From: Eledone cirrhosa
Lineage: Eukaryota
Length of the DNA: 64,000 nt
Reading direction: 5' to 3'
NCBI GenBank assembly: GCA_964016885.1
Contig: OZ024741.1
Location: forward strand, 311,798,001 to 311,862,000
The notes below the pieces were generated by a model. It did no database searches, had not been told where the DNA came from, and was given only the letters and a program-made list of their open reading frames with translations. Made by a program: the position numbers and the translations under genes. Positions 61,245-64,000 of the stretch are shown one piece after another. Each line of letters opens with the position of its first letter. Positions within the stretch are counted from its first letter, which is position 1.

Positions 61245-61837
61245 TCCTTTGTCAGTGTTGAACAAAAGGGCAACGATGGTTGCCGAACACTGTATGGCTT
61301 AATTCGGGCTGTTTGTTTACAAACAAACCGAACATTATAATAAATGTTCGGTAAACCCATAAGTACATATATATATATATATGTGTGCATGTATGTATAT
61401 ACATACTACTGTGCGTCTGTATATATATATATGTGTATGTACGTATACATACTTATATTTTAAGTATCAGCCGTACTAAGAGTGAGAAATAAAATTTCAT
61501 TTTTTCCATTTATCGTTTTCGGTACGCCCGGCCGACTAACTCACTCGATATGCAAATTAGGCTGCTCAGCCGTTAATATGCATAAGGAAAGTATATACTT
61601 TCAAACGTTCAATTGACTGACAGGAAGGTATACGGTGCTGATGACAGCTAATAAGCTAGAATCTAGTTCATCGTACCTGTATCAGTGTTGAACAAAAGGG
61701 TAACGATGGTTGCCGAACACTGTATGGCTTAATTCGGGCTGTTTGTTTACAAACAAAACGAACATTATAATAAATGTTCGGTAAACCCATAAGTACATAT
61801 ATATATGTGTGCATGTCTGTATATACATACTACTGTA

Positions 61838-63705
<1,868 letters not shown>

Positions 63706-63715
63706 ATATATATAT

Positions 63716-63759
<44 letters not shown>

Positions 63760-64000
63760 AATATATATGGTTGTTATATAGTAAGGTGTGTTATTGGTTG
63801 TGTCAAACGGTCCAACAAATTTGTTAGCAATATTAATTTCTCCAGGCTTTTGTATATCTCCAATTCCATTTATGGGTACAGCTAGATGATGAAAAACGGA
63901 GTATTTGTATCAAAATAAAGATCCGAAGGCATGGTATAAATTTCCGATCATTTTAATCACGACACGTGTTTCAATAGGAGATATCGATCGTGTAACCATG

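Larger units (their letters stand above)
60061..61835. repeat. ~420-bp unit array: 2.5 tandem units then 1.7 inverted units; one hammerhead per full unit (retrozyme-like)
   Basis: Unit starts atgga.aaa.tgaaatttcatttctcac at 60061, 60482 and 60908. Orientation flips at ~61103. Confidence 0.92.

Overview
This is AT-rich animal genomic DNA, most likely a coleoid cephalopod or octopus-like mollusc. That is an inference from the tRNA-SINE family, the very dense (TA)n/(CA)n microsatellites and the transposon mix. There are no prokaryotic operons, rRNA, tRNA genes or CRISPR arrays, and most ORFs in the track are microsatellite artefacts. The window is dominated by decayed retroelements: at least 8 Penelope-like element (PLE) copies or remnants (RT and/or GIY-YIG), RTE, Tx1/L1, R4/Dong-like and CRE-like LINE fragments, tRNA-SINEs, one internally deleted mariner and Helitron-like pieces. 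They lie around scattered minus-strand 132-nt phase-1 EGF-like exons of a MEGF/Draper-like gene, and most of those exon copies are damaged. The main hidden layer is RNA structure. By eye I find about 25 type-I hammerhead ribozyme (HHR) motifs, intact or degenerate. They sit in PLE terminal repeats, which here nearly always occur as inverted or palindromic pairs bounded by (TA)n. They also occur in a ~420-bp non-coding tandem/inverted array at 60.06-61.84 kb with one HHR per full unit (retrozyme-like). Three separate families carry a compensatory U3-A8 core variant (UUGAAAA). Motifs and boundaries were read manually and are approximate.
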